A stretch of DNA of 64,000 nucleotides from Takakia lepidozioides (taxonomy: Eukaryota; Plantae; Bryophyta): assembly GCA_030704615.1 (NCBI GenBank), contig CM060734.1:53196001-53260000 (forward strand). Direction: 5' to 3'. Position numbers and translations under genes: made by a program. The notes under the pieces were generated by a model. The model searched no databases. It saw only the letters and a program-made list of their open reading frames with translations, and was not told the DNA's origin. This document shows, piece by piece, positions 1 to 13,063 of this stretch (positions are counted from its first letter, which is position 1; each line of letters starts with the position of its first letter).

Positions 1-8
1 AGACATAC

Positions 9-2689
9 CTTCCAGTTGTCGGGGTGTCACATCAAACTCTTGCCACCACACCTTGTCCCCATCGGAAGGCAGCTTGACCTTAAGGAACTTGGCTGCAAGA
101 AATATTGCCCCCGCAGCAATGTGGTGTGGCTTAAACTGCAGGCACAGCGAAGTGCGCAGCCTGCACATTCCCTCCACTGTCTCACTCCAGTGTTCACAGA
201 GAGGAGACATTTGGACAAGGAAGGGGGGTGGAGAGAGACCACAGACACAAGCTTCCTCAAACACGGGCTACTTTGATCTCCCTACACCCAATACATGTTA
301 ACCAATGGATAACAAAGAAGCCTGTTTCCCTTCAAAGGGCACTCAGTATTCCTGGCACAGGAACACCAAAAATCCTCCCTAGGAGAGCACTGCTGGAGCA
401 AACACTGCCTGGGAAACCGCATTGAGCTCCGAAGAGCAAGTGTTCCTCTGAAAGGTGAGCTTACCCATCATTCACAAAGTTCCAGGCCACTTGGGCAAGC
501 GTGTTTGCAGCCACATTGAAATTTTTAATGGCTGCAACAAGCGGCTTGTAGGGGTGATGGATATTTAGATCAAATCCCAGTGTAGTAAGCACCAGCCGCT
601 CACCCAACAGCACTCGCTCCTTCTCCATCTCATATACCTCCTGCACCACCCGTAACTCATCATCATCAGTCCACATAGCCTTGGCCATCATGAATCCTAA
701 GGCACTTCCACAGACATTACTATTACCATCATCTCCATCTGATTTTGCAAATGCTTGTCACGGTGGTGATTGCTGAACTATAGTAGGAGTCTAGACTGAG
801 AGACCACTGGAGAAAAAGTCATCAAAAGGGTGGTATAAAGACCCCCAAGTCCTTGCTGATCAACACAGATTACCTGCCACTGTGAAAGATGGGCAGGGAG
901 TGGGAAATTGCTGAAGGGGCAAAGATCCAAAATATCGGTCCCTGAATAATACCAAGCTCACATGCCAACAACACCCTGATGGAGTCTTAAGGGGGTATCT
1001 AAACTACATATAGTACTTTTAAGCTGACAAAATTATCTAGAAAAGCTACACTGACAGGTTATACACAAGCAAAACCACTAACAGCAAGGACAAGGGAAGT
1101 TACCTTCTGCTTGATTCGCTGCACAGCGGCTGGGTCCTTCTTAAAACGAATCTCATATGACACCAAGATAACATCACGTAGAGGCCTGGGTGTCTCCTCA
1201 ACTTTCCCCGCTATGAACATGCATATGGTTGCAACCATCTGCCACCTCAAATATTTGCAGATACCAACTATTAGAAGTCTGTCCATCTGTCTGTTGCCCA
1301 TGCCCTCACACCCACCTCCTTTTCTCAAATCTTCAGAGACGGGTGGTCAGTGTCGGGAAAGTGCATAGAAAATTCATTTCCACTCTGTGTGAAACCAAAG
1401 GGTAATCACTTTACAGCTTCATGTTGACAGAAAGGACGCGGAAGACAATATACCAGAAAAAAACTGGCTTCTCTGCACTTACCAAAGGTGTGGAGAAACA
1501 TATTTCATGACAGTATGATAACACACAGCAATAAGTGAGGGCTGCACTAAATGCTGACAGGCATATTCATCTACCATGGAGGCTCAAAGAGCCAGACCTC
1601 CTCCACATCAGGGAAGTATCAAGGAACACAAAAGAATTCTCTGCTAGGAGCAGGTTACAGGCCTATGCAATTGACATAAGTCACATTAAGGCTTGCCCTT
1701 ACAAATACTCACATGTCTGTCATTCTTGTGATGGGACTGGCGCAGGAAGAAGCGGTGACAGAAAACAATGGCAGTAGCAATAGTCACTTGAGGCCTGCCA
1801 GCATTCCATGATTCACCCACGTCAACCCTCTGCAATCCTTTCTCATTCAATAGACTTTCATAACTTGCTGGTACATGGTGAACTGAGGTTCTCCTTCCAC
1901 ACAAATGATACTGCCAACAAAAGGAGAAAGCCTACCCATCCAAATGCTCAAGAGATGGTCGTCAGATGATAGGAGCGAGAGACTCCAAACCAGGTGGGTT
2001 TTCAAAACACCAATATGACATAAGATAGCTAGGGTTTGTTGACTGGATTGTTATGAGCTTGCTCCACTGACACAATCAGTGTTTAAAGTCGTGCTTCACC
2101 CAATGGCAGAACTAGTGCCATCACTATGAGGCTGATGTTAACACATCTGGTTTACATATTAAATATTTGTTGGAACTTGAGATAGGCAACGTGTGAGGGA
2201 ATACTGCGAGGAAACTGTCTATAAAACTGCAGGAAACACCACAACAACCTAGGACTGAAGAAGCTTTTCCTAGCCTCCCGATAATTACACCAAAACGGGC
2301 ACTCCCGATACTGACTGACTTGCATACCCTTACCTGGAACTAGGAGAACCCTCCTTGTCAAGGGCAATATGAAACAAAAAGTCTCCAAAAACTGAGGCGG
2401 CACATAGGGTATGGAGAAGTATCCAGGCGTCATAGTAGTATAGAAGAGAATTGGCTTACACTTTGAGGCGCATGCCAAGATCCTGTAAGAAAGTACAATA
2501 CGATTTGCGGAAATACGTCTCCTTCTTCAAATCAATCCCATCCTTTCTTGAAGGCGAGTGCTTCTCTATCTCCTCCCTTGCAAAGTACCAGTTAGAACTG
2601 GAAAGGTCAGGCTCCTCTAGATTGCCAGTCATAGTGTTCGACCCGGTCGCCACCAGTGCCAACTGTGCCCCTTGCAGTAAGTCCACCAT
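9..2689 (-). CDS. CYCT1: Cyclin T1 (P-TEFb cyclin), 5' five coding exons; gene continues beyond the left window edge
   Basis: Exons ~2689-2460 ([44 protein letters not shown]), 1794-1713 ([21 protein letters not shown]), 1238-1104 ([24 protein letters not shown]), 640-465 ([21 protein letters not shown]...AWNFVNDG) and 160-9 ([31 protein letters not shown]...WWQEFDV). All are bounded by GT-AG and give the typical plant cyclin T cyclin box. Confidence 0.93.
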
Positions 2690-3307
2690 ATCTTTCTTCT
2701 CCTTCAACAAGAAAAAGACAGCGGGGGATAAAGAGAATGTAACAAGTAAACGAAGAGAAAAGGGTTTCAAGCCCTAAGTGGCGGTGTGGGAACCGATAAG
2801 CTCAGAGAAACCTATCAAAAACCTGAGCATCCCACCAACAGATGTACCGTATGCACATCAAGATACGGGAAGACTCAAGGCGGCGGCGGAGCCAGGAAAG
2901 CGAGAAAGAAGATGGAGGCACGCAAACCCAAGAAGGGCAAAGACTAGCAGAACACTAGAAAGAAGAAAGAGAGACGCGAACCGGAAGAGACCAAGGCTAT
3001 GAGAAAAATAAGGCTCTTAGGTACCCAGAAACCATATCCTTACTCCCTAGGTCTGAAGAATGTTCAGATGCATTACAAACCAGAAGAGAAAGAAAAAAAA
3101 TCCAAACGGGACGCAGAAGGAGGCGCGATCCATGAGAAAACCTAATGTGCATCTAAACAATCCTAGCATCATCACATCCTACATACCTGTATCTCAAACA
3201 CACAAACAAGAGGGTCGACAGGCGGTGGCAGACTGCAAGCGAAGACAGAGAAGGGACCGCGCACTCACAAGACTCGAGGGCTTTCGTGGCACACACTGCC
3301 CGCAAAC

Positions 3308-3558
3308 GTTGCCCGCCCCACCGCGCGGTCCACTGCGCGGTTCTATATCCAACCGGGGGCTCACCCATGCGGTGTCTTTCTACCCGGGCGGTTGCCCGCC
3401 CCACCGCGAGGTCCACTTCGCGGTTCGATATCCAACCGGGGGCTCACCCATGCGGTGTCTTTCTGCCCGCGCGGTTGCCCACCTCACCGCGAGGTCCACT
3501 GCGCGGTTCTATATCGAACCGGGGGCTCACCCATGCGGTGTATTCCTACCCGCGCGGT
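3308..3558. repeat. GC-rich minisatellite, 3 x ~83 bp
   Basis: Unit gttgcccgccccaccgcg.ggtccact.cgcggttc.atatc.aaccgggggctcacccatgcggtgt starts at 3308, 3391 and 3474. Confidence 0.9.
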
Positions 3559-3599
3559 CAACCGGATGGGGGAAGGTAAAGTTAGGTCTAGGCGCCTAG

Positions 3600-5860
3600 A
3601 CTCTAGATGAACTCCTGTTTTTGTTTTCTTTTTCCAGTAAACAGGGGGATTGAAGCCCTGGTTAATTTATTAAGAAAGATCTGGGGAAAAAATAACCCCA
3701 GGGAAATAAGCATGGAGGATGAAAAGGGAGTCACTGCCCCCTCACCATAAACACGAGAGGCTATCGGAAAGCTACCACCAAGGGTCAAGCTCTACTCACA
3801 ACCATGGCATACTGGGAGACCAGCGAGCTACAGCCAGGCTGTTTCAAGGAAATAAATCTAAGGGGGGCTAACATGGCAGCCATACTAACGAAAGACACCA
3901 GAGACCAGGGGAGTCCTATAGTCCTCAAGACAAGAGCCCTGGAATCAACATATGTAGCCCCTAAAGGGCACCTGAAACATCTAAGAGGAGATTGCAAGAT
4001 CCCAGCCAAGAGAGACCTGCATAAAACAAGCCAGGGAGACTCTACCATAAAGGAACTAGTGATCTGAACTGCCCAGACCAGAAACTCGCATGCAAATTAA
4101 ACTGAGCCACTTCATCTGGAACCTGCCAGAAAACTGAAGCCACAAAAATCCGCAGAGTCAAAGCTTATAAAGAGGAAGGCGTTCAGAGAGAAAAAAACAA
4201 CATGTTGACCCCAACTGGAGCAGGTAGCAGGCCCCGAGATGGTCTCTCCACCTTCAATGCTTCTATCTAAGAGCCTCAAAATTCAGATGAGCTCGAACTT
4301 TAGAATCCCGATTTTTGCGATGCCTCCAATTAATGTCACGATCATCAGGAAACCCGGGGAAGTCCCTGAAGCTAGGTGAATCTCCAGTCGAGAGGAGGTC
4401 TAGATGACCATTCAACTCTGTCTCCCTTGCGTTCGCACAGTATTCCAAAATAAGCCCAATCTTCGTCAAATTTGGCGAGCAAGGCTGCCCCCCTTTCTTC
4501 GAAACACCTGCATACTATATCCAACAAAACCCCCCACATCTTACTACCTTCAACCAAAAGATAGTAGTAAATGTGTTGCAGGGTAGCCAAGGTATTGACT
4601 GTTTTTTATCAAAAACCAAGGAACACCTTGCTTTCCAGATATGCCAAAGTGTAAGGGCCCGGAGGCAATTCCAGACAGTTCACCTTGAACCCAGAGGCTA
4701 GACAGAAGTTATCCAGAAGTTGGAACCCCAAGTCGATATTCATTGATTGACGTTTTTAAGGTAAAGTACCGAGTCATCAACATACATAGACGTTTTAAGG
4801 TTATAGGGAGAAGATCCTGGAACTGGAATGAGGAGCCCTGTCAGTTCAGGATGAGCATCCATCAGGTACCCGAGGCAGTCAGCAGCTATAAGAAATAAAA
4901 AAGGTGAAATGGGGCAACCTTGCCTTACCGATCGTTGAAGGGGGAAGGCAGAAGAAAGCAAGCCATTGGTCAGCACTCTACTTGAACCAGAGAAAAGAAG
5001 AATCTTGATCCAATCTAAGAAATTACCCTTGATCCCGGCTTGGAGAATGGCATTAAGGAGGAAAACCCAATTAATTCTATCGAAGGCTTTTTCGAAGTCC
5101 AGCATAATCTAACCAGACTTTTGCTGGTTAGAGTTTGAAGCAAAATGAAGCGCCTCATTTGCTAAAAGGATGTTGTCTAAAATCAAACGGTTTTTCACAA
5201 AACCCCTCTGCGCAAGATGAATCATAGAAGGTAATAACTTCTGGAGTCTAATGGCTAAGGCCTTAGCTATTATCTTATAGGCCGTGTTTAATAGAGTAAT
5301 AGGGCGGTAGTTAGCTATGTTTTCCCTATCACCTTTCTTGAATATGAGAGCGATGACACCTATTGACATCTGAGAGGGCATTATTTTTTTCTTCAGGATA
5401 TCGTTGGCTATAGACAGAAAATCATCAGAAAGAGCCGACCAAAGGGACTTATAGAACTCCACCGGAATTCCATCTATCCCCGGAGACTTAAATTCTTTAA
5501 GATTAGATGAAACATTTTGCAGTATCCGATTGTTGAGCTGAAAGCAACGGAGGAATCTTATTGCAGACCAAATCCCTAGCTAATAATGAGGCTGGAGAGT
5601 CTTCTTCCGAAGAGAAAAGAGAAGAGAAAAAAGACTGAGCTATAGAAGACAACTTCTTAGGGTGAGTTTGTGGGACATCCAAACTATCCTTCAAACAACG
5701 GATATCCTGACCAGAGAGCCGTTGGCGAGCTTTAAGAAAGAAGTAACGGTTCATTTTTTTCCCCTTTTAGAGACCAATTGACACCAGCTTTCATGCGCAT
5801 AAAGCGGTCTTTGGATAAGTGAAGAGAAGCCAGCCTAGATTTTGCTTCCAAAAGAGAATT
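3600..5860 (-). mobile_element. Degenerate L1/Tx1-like LINE ORF2 fragment (reverse transcriptase)
   Basis: Broken ORFs with SPGIDGIPVEFYK, KKGDRENIANYRPITLLNTAYKIIAK, LDFEKAFDRINW, SVRQGCPISPFLF and YVDD, interrupted by frameshifts and stops. The left boundary is approximate. Confidence 0.88.
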
Positions 5861-6871
5861 AAGAGTTGGAGGATGCTTCCGCGTGAGCGCACGCAGGCTT
5901 ACGCCACGTCAGCCGACCTCGCCAGCGTGCTCGACGCCACGTCACGTCATGCCACGTCATTTTCATAGGCATGGGCCTATAACCGCGGACCGAACAGGCA
6001 AAAGGGGGCCTATAGCCGCGGATTGCGCATTCTGCAGATAGGGAACCATGTGTGGGCGACGAGGCGAGGTGCAAAAGAGAGCTGAATATTGGTGAATGTT
6101 GCTAAATGATAGTGTTTGCAGAGACTTAAATGGTTGTGGATAAATTAATGTCCATGTCATCAGTCTACCATGGTCATCAGATGATTTAATGTCATGCTAA
6201 TGTGGTATTCTATGTTGATGTCATCAGTCTACAATGGTTGTGGATGAATTAATGAGGATGAAGCAGAGCCAATGTGGATGGGACGCTGCGAGTATGGATG
6301 AATGGGATGAGAGAGTGGATGAATGTTGAGCGAGGATGTCATTTTACCATTTATGAAAACCAAGCACAACGATCAATGTCGTTTGCACAAACATCGGAAA
6401 TTGTGCCTAAAATCCCTCATAAAGCACATGATTAGATTTAATGAATATCTGTCATTTGGAGAAAGGTAGACAGATGACAGCAACGTAGAATAAGACAACA
6501 CAACAGATGTGAGACTGATCTTTCATTCAGCGACTTTGTCCCACTGCTTACTGCAACATTCTAATGTGCAGCACGCTCCTCTTTAGCTTTCTTTTTTAGT
6601 GTCTACACATTGTGAGCCATTTCAGCACTATACTTCCTACAACGCACCACCTGACCACGCTAAACATGGTTTGGACTCTAATGCGTCCTGCTGCCCCTGC
6701 CAGTGAGGTAGAAATGTGTTCATCTGTCTTACGAGAGCATTGCAACTTTCATGGTTTTTCATCCGAACCATTACACAACAACATAAAAAATGAATTTGGC
6801 TCTCGTTTGTACACGAGGAGGAGTTCCGGGTCTTTCCACATTGTGTAACAGAAATTGACGAAATGACTGCC

Positions 6872-7132
6872 TTGTCTTCTTGTTTGACCCATAACCAATG
6901 TTAGGCATCAGGATGTTGCCCTTGAACTTGCCCTGAAACCGAAAGTCCATACATCATCCACTAGGTGCATTGTCTTCTTGTTTGAACCATAACCAATGTT
7001 ATGCATCAGGATGAACTTGCACTGAACCCGAAAGTCCACAAATCATCCCCTAGGTGCATTGTCTTCTTGTTTGACCCATAACCAATGTTAGGCATCAGGA
7101 GGCTGCCCTTGAACTTGCGCTGAACCCGAAAG
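6872..7132. repeat. Tandem repeat, ~3 x 90-98 bp
   Basis: ttgtcttcttgtttga.ccataaccaatgtta.gcatcagga...gaacttgc.ctgaa.ccgaaag at ~6872, ~6970 and ~7059; the third copy ends at the hAT-like terminus at 7133. Confidence 0.88.
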
Positions 7133-8715
7133 CAGGGTTGCACACGTCAGTGACGTCACGTCGGACCTGATGTTGACGCGACCAACGTCACGTCAGTTTT
7201 GCCGAAAAATCAGTAAAACATGAGTTAGGTGAAAAATATGTCATGTAGGTGGACACGTTGTATTCCAAGCGATACCTTGGCAAGTGAATGAATTGTTTTA
7301 TAAATTACTCCATCCGCCAATAGTTGAGGTCATTTTTAAATCATTATTGTTAAATTGGTGCGACCTCCAAATGGTGGTGGTCGCAGAATTTATCTTATTT
7401 TTTAATAGTTGCGACCACCAGCAGAGGGGTTGTCGCAGCATTTTTTGTTTTTTTAAAATAGATGCGACCACCAGCAGGGGCGGTCGCATTTTTTTCTTTT
7501 CTTAAACAGTTGCGACCACCGCTACTGGTGGTCGCACAATTTTTATTTTATTTGTAATAGGTGCGACCACCATCAAGGGGGTGGTCGGAACATTTTTCTA
7601 TTTTTTAATATCTGCGACCACCAGCATGGGGGTGGTCGCAGCATTTTTCTGTTTTTTTAATAGGTGCGACCACCAGCAGGGGGTGGTTGCAGCAATTTTT
7701 TTTTTTAAAAAAAAATAATCTCTGTGACCACGAGCATGGGGGTGGTCGCAACATTTTTCTTTTTTTTAATAGGTGCGACCACCAGCATGAGGGTGGTCGC
7801 AGCAGTTTTTTTTTAAAAATAACATGCGACTTCCTCGTGCGACCTGGAGCGGTCGCAGCATTGGATCTGATTCGTCGAGCGTGTGAGGCTTGGAGGCTGG
7901 AAGATATATAAGGTGGTCCCAATGCCCCTCACTTCTTTTGTGGCAAACACTTTTGTGGCGAGTGAATGTTCTCTATTCCTTGAGCAAGAGTATAAGCCCA
8001 AAAGGAGGGTGCGGACCGTTTGCTGTTGTGGCTTCCACTAGAGCCACTGCAGCAAATTGTCAAAAAGCACAATATTACATGGTGCATTGATCCACTTGGA
8101 TTGATGCCGTAATGTTGGGCCATCGCATTCTGTTCTAACTTATATTGCTCTTGACAAATCTACCAAGTACACTAGTGTTCTTCGTTCAACCTTAAGTCTG
8201 TGGTTAGGGTTTTGGGTGTGAAATTGAGGGAGGAGTGGATCATTTGGTTCACCATAGACCCGCACAAAAAGGACGGTGTTCAATGCAATCTTTGTGCATT
8301 GAAGCTGGCGGGTCGCAAAGATCGCATGTTATATCACTTTGGCTACCGAGATGGGAAGAATGCAGAGGTTAGTTTGTGCCCAAAAGCCTTCATGCGAGTG
8401 AAAGCCCATTTTGCCCAATGTGGAGGCAATATCCCACCGTCTCTTGATGTGGCCGCGGCTTCTGAGCCAAACACTCCAGGTTCGCATCAAATTGTCTCTC
8501 AGAGTTGTACCCAGGGGGATTCTTGCGAGGCGTCTGTTGTTCGTGGAGAAGCCGGTGGGTCAGGAGCAACACCCGATTGTATGCCAGCACTTGTACGGAC
8601 CAGACCATTGAGGCAACAATCAATGCAAGAAGGCTTAAATTTGTCGCACATGAGGACTCTGGATAAGAAGTGGGCCCAATTTTTCTACGAGGCCAATATT
8701 TCGTTCAATGTTAGT
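7133..8715 (+). mobile_element. 5' part of a hAT-like DNA transposon (subterminal palindromic repeats plus truncated BED-finger transposase N-terminus)
   Basis: Starts CAGGGTTGCACACG. About 8-9 palindromic tgcgaccacc...ggtggtcgca units lie at 7360-7860. ORF 8200-8733 has VQCNLC...RMLYHFG...SLCP (BED-like) and LDKKWAQFFYEANISFNV, a motif typical of plant hAT/DUF659 transposases. No right terminus was found. Confidence 0.7.
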
Positions 8716-8911
8716 CGAGAGATAAGAATTTAGAATCGCGAGAAACCAGAGCACTACGGAAGCTAAGCCCAAAGCCCGATACTTCGAGGGAGAGAAAGAT
8801 AATCGAGAGAAGACGAGGGTGAGTGGAGACTAGACACAACTTCCGAAAAACGCTAAGTCCCCAGGGCTAACACACACTGCAAAGTGCGGAGCCGTCACAT
8901 CGCCTCCCCTC
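8715..8911 (-). mobile_element. Possible LTR remnant with polypurine tract
   Basis: On the minus strand gaggggaggcga is immediately followed by TGTGACGG..., a PPT-then-TG layout. It coincides with where the hAT ORF similarity stops. Confidence 0.35.
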
Positions 8912-9559
8912 GATATCTCCTCGGCATAAGTACCTCATGCCTGTTATAAATGACTAAATTATTTTTTAAGGATTCTTTTTCTTTTTTTCTTTTTTATTGG
9001 AACAGCCTGGAATTGTATTTTTTATTTTACTTTAAATTAAAAAGGGAGGACGGTAGCCTTTAGAGCTTTATTAAAATTATTGAAGGGAAAATTCCTTACA
9101 TGCCCGAAGGCATGATCACATAGGGGCTGTGTAGGAGATACCAGAAGAGCAGAAACCATGAGACCAAGGTCTCGCTGAAATACGCTACAGCGAAAGGTAG
9201 TCATAAAAGGAATAATTTGAAAGCCTTCAGAAGGGCGGGCGTGAGAGGAACGCTAGAGCAGAAGGGCAAAGTTAGAGCCCATAGCATAACAACAACTTTT
9301 GAACCAATGGAATGAACATGAACCTATATGGGAAAATGAAGTCTAGATTTGGCAACTGTTCTAATGTGCTTTCAATTTATTTATGACTTGAAAAGCTTAT
9401 AGTAAGAGTCTTGAATCCGGCAGGATTGTAGGGTTGCAATTGTTGGAATCAAGCAGCATCAAGCCTGTTTTGATCAGAAATTTGTCTTGAGGCCCTGAGG
9501 AGGTTTGAGATATATTTTGGGAGTCTGGTTGGAAAACTCTATACTAAGGTTTTTGAAAG

Positions 9560-10550
9560 GATGGCAAGATTGATCCGATGCAATTGTTGGAGTCAAGAAC
9601 TTCCGTCAGATCACTCCTTTTGAAAGAGGAGCAAGGGAGCAAATTGTCAACAACTTTTATGACACTTTTGAGGATGTGAGGACACTATGTAAGGCAGGAG
9701 AGCTGAAAGAGGCGCTGAACATTCTGAATAAACAAGACGTTTGGCCAGACTCGAATACTTATGTTTGTGTCTTGTGGGAGTGTATCCAAACTAGAGACAA
9801 CAGGTGCACACCCACATTATTCAAAGTAAATACACGCCCAACTTATTTGTACTCAACACCCTTGTCAACATGTATGTGACGTGTGGAAGCGTGGTGGATG
9901 CATGCCATCTGTTTGACACGATCCCTAAACGTGATGTGTTTACATGGACTACGATGATGGCAGGATATGTGAAATATGGATGTGTTAGGGAGGTCTTTGA
10001 GGTCTATCAGCAAATGATGCAGGAAGGGATGACACCCAACAAAGTTATGTTCATTTCCATTGTCAAGGCGTGTGCCAGTTTAGGAGACCTGGATAAGGGC
10101 AAGGAGATCCAGACTCCATGCTAACATCGTCACGACTGGAATCGTGTCAGATGTCATTCTTGGCACTGCCCATGCTGCCATGTATGTTAAATGTGGGAGC
10201 ATAAGAAATGCACGTAGTGTGTTTGACACTATGGATGAACGAGATGTGGTCTCATGGAATGTGATAATATCAGGATATGCTCAGCATGGATGGGGTAAGG
10301 AGGCTCTCCAATTGTATGAGCAAATGATACGGGAAGCAGTGATGCCCAACAAGGTCACATTCATTTCGGTTGTCAATGCGTGTGCCAGCCTACGAGACCT
10401 GGAAAAGGGCAAAGAGGTCCATGCTGACTCATGAAAGCTGGAATTGAGTCTTTCATAACTCTAGAAACTACCCTTGTTAACATGTATGCCAAATGTGGGC
10501 ACATGAAAGGGGCACCGTCAAGTGTTTGATGATATGGCTGAACGAAGCGT
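9560..10550 (+). pseudogene. PLS-class PPR pseudogene (copy 1)
   Basis: Repeated motifs NTLVNMYVTCGSVVDACHLFD, DVFTWTTMMAGY, PNKVTFISVVNACASL and MYAKCG, split by several frameshifts and stops (e.g. ~9800, ~10120, 10432). Confidence 0.88.
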
Positions 10551-11057
10551 AGTCTTGTGTTTGGGGATGTGGAAAGTGCTGCAGAACACTGGTTTCAGAG
10601 AGCAAAGAGTGAGGGCACACCCCCTAATGTTGTCATTTACAACAACATTATCAATGCCCACTGGTATGCCATTTCATGTAATCCTAATGTTTTGTTCTTT
10701 TGTATGCAGGAGCAAGTGTGCATCTTCATGTCTTAGATTCTATCTTTTCTTTCTCTTGGGTTGGTTAGCGTTGTGCTTCAGCTGGCAATGACATCCCATG
10801 GTTGTTATGTCAATGCACACCATGGCGTTCCCGTCCAAGAATACATTGGGTATTGTTTAGATGACGTACGATTCAGGTTTAACGTGAGTAGATGTGCTTG
10901 GTACAGATTATGCTCAATGACCATGTCTGGCTAGTTTTATAACTGTAATTATGCGCAAAGGCCCTCATTAGTACATATTTCTTGAAAGCATCTAGGTGTA
11001 TAATACAAGTTGCATTTGAGGTTGAAGGTTTGATTTAGAGTTTTTAAGTCATGCAGA

Positions 11058-11774
11058 ATGGCAGGGTTGAATGAGGCGGAGATGTTTCTGAGACAAGAGA
11101 CTGGCGGCAGGGGTAGTTCCCTCTCTGGCACTTGTCAGTATGTTAGGATTCTATGTAAGGCAAGACGACTGAAAGATGTGTTGCACATTTTAAGCCAACA
11201 AGCATTCGAGCATACTGGAATACATATGTCGTTCTCTTGCAGGAATGTATGAACATGAAAAACCTAGCACAAGGGAAGTAGGTGCATTTCTACATTATCC
11301 AAAGTGGATGCAAGCCAATAGTATATCTGCTCAATACCCTGTCAACATGTGTGTCAACTGCGGTAGCTTGGTGGATGCACGTCAAGTGTTTGACAACGAG
11401 ATTTGCTTACATGGATTGGATGATGGCAGGCTATGCCAAGCATGAGCATGCTCAGGATGCCTTCAAAATCTATGAGCAAATGCAATGAGAAAGGGTGACC
11501 CTTGACAAGATCACCTTCATCTGCGGTCTCAAAGCATGTGCCAGCCTAGGAGACCTGGAATAAAGTCATATTTAAACCTGGAGAATAGCCTTGTGGACAT
11601 GTATGCCAAATGCAGAGTCATGAAGGATGTGCAACAAGTGTTTGATAATATGGCTATAAGCGAGATATGGTTTCATGGAGTGCCGTGATTGCAGGATATG
11701 CTCAGCATGGGTGTGATAGGGAAGCTTTGAAGATCTATGAGCAAATGCAACAGGAAAGGATGATGCCAAACAGG
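11058..11774 (+). pseudogene. PLS-class PPR pseudogene (copy 2), 5' half
   Basis: VRILCKARRLKDVLHIL (paralogous to copy 1 VRTLCKAGELKEALNIL), NCGSLVDARQVFD, WMMAGYAKH and ...YEQMQQERMMPNR. It is frameshifted and interrupted at 11775. Confidence 0.85.
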
Positions 11775-12075
11775 GGGTGTGTACTTTGCATGAGCGGTGA
11801 GCATGAGCATGAGCACATATAAGCATGAGTAGAGAATTTTTTAGGGAATATTCCTGAAATTTAGCCCTTCCTGACCTAATTTTGACTGTTTTTCATGTCA
11901 AAAAGTGCGAGGTGCTGCATCATAATGTGGCCTAGAAGTTTGCCCTCGGTTCGGAAAAAGCAGGTTCGGCAACTGCCGAACCTGCATAGTCGGCAACGAT
12001 TACAGGCGTAAGAGGAGAATAAGGCCGCGGGAATAGGGCCGCGGGAATTGTGTTGCCAGGCAGGAATATGAGGCT

Positions 12076-12420
12076 TTGTTGCTTATGCAGTCGCAAAATG
12101 AGAACACTCCAGCTGAAGAGGAATGCAGCACTGATTTAGAGGAGTCAGACGTTGATGAAAACATGGGGATGGAGGATGAGGAAGGAGGTGAAGAGGAGGA
12201 TTTGCACTGGATTGATGTTTCCATTGACATCGTTGAAGAGTCGGCTCCGGAGTCTGTTGTGCCGGCGGAAACAAGGGCATTAGAACCATGCACAATTTGC
12301 CTGGAGATACCAGTAGCTGGAGAGTCCGTATGCATACTGAGTGAGTGCTCCATTCATTCCACACTCCATACTTTGACACATGGGTGCAGCTCAATGGGTC
12401 ATGCCATCTCTACCGGCGTC
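12076..12420 (+). pseudogene. Captured acidic region plus degenerate RING-H2 (E3 ligase) fragment inside the MULE-like element
   Basis: CTICLE...ECS, then after a frameshift HSFHTPYFDTWVQLNGSCHLYR, matches a decayed C3H2C3 RING pattern. Confidence 0.65.
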
Positions 12421-12679
12421 GGATCTGAGACCATATAGATAGGCCAGACAGAGAAGCTCAGTGTCCAGGATGGCGTAGATCAGTGGCATATGGAGGCAAT
12501 GTATTTGACTTTTAAAAAAAAAAAAACATACCTAGTTCTATTACGAGTTGTGGACTAGCGGACTGATTAAGGATACTACCAGAAATGTAAGTTTGTCGCT
12601 GCAATTCTAGACTCAGAACCAACTAGATAGCTGATAGTGGACACAATATTAATCTTACACTTATTGAAATAAGCAAATT

Positions 12680-12968
12680 ATAAGTCGGTGCCTACCAATG
12701 TTGGTGTGGTATGGGTATCAAATTTATCTCCGATTATGAACACAAAAAATGAATTTGGGTTAAAGTTTATCAGAAGCAAAAAAACAAAATATTAAACTAA
12801 ATAAATTAGAAGTATGTGCCGACTTATCCTCAACTAAGAATATACAAATCAGTTTGGGTTAAGAAAAACCTATAAGTCGGCGCCGACTTATCTTCGATAA
12901 GGAACAGAAAAAATCAGTGTGGGTTTAAAGTCGGCACCGACTTTAACGAAGGGAGAAAAACACAAAAA

Positions 12969-13063
<95 letters not shown>

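Noticed and set aside
5860-6075. G-box/ABRE cluster (gccacgtc repeats) as a regulatory element
   Set aside because: There is no adjacent gene start, and such motifs are common in DNA-transposon subtermini; it cannot be supported.
7360-7860. CRISPR-like array of palindromic repeats
   Set aside because: The linkers are low-complexity T-runs, not unique spacers; there are no cas genes; and the context is a eukaryotic transposon end.
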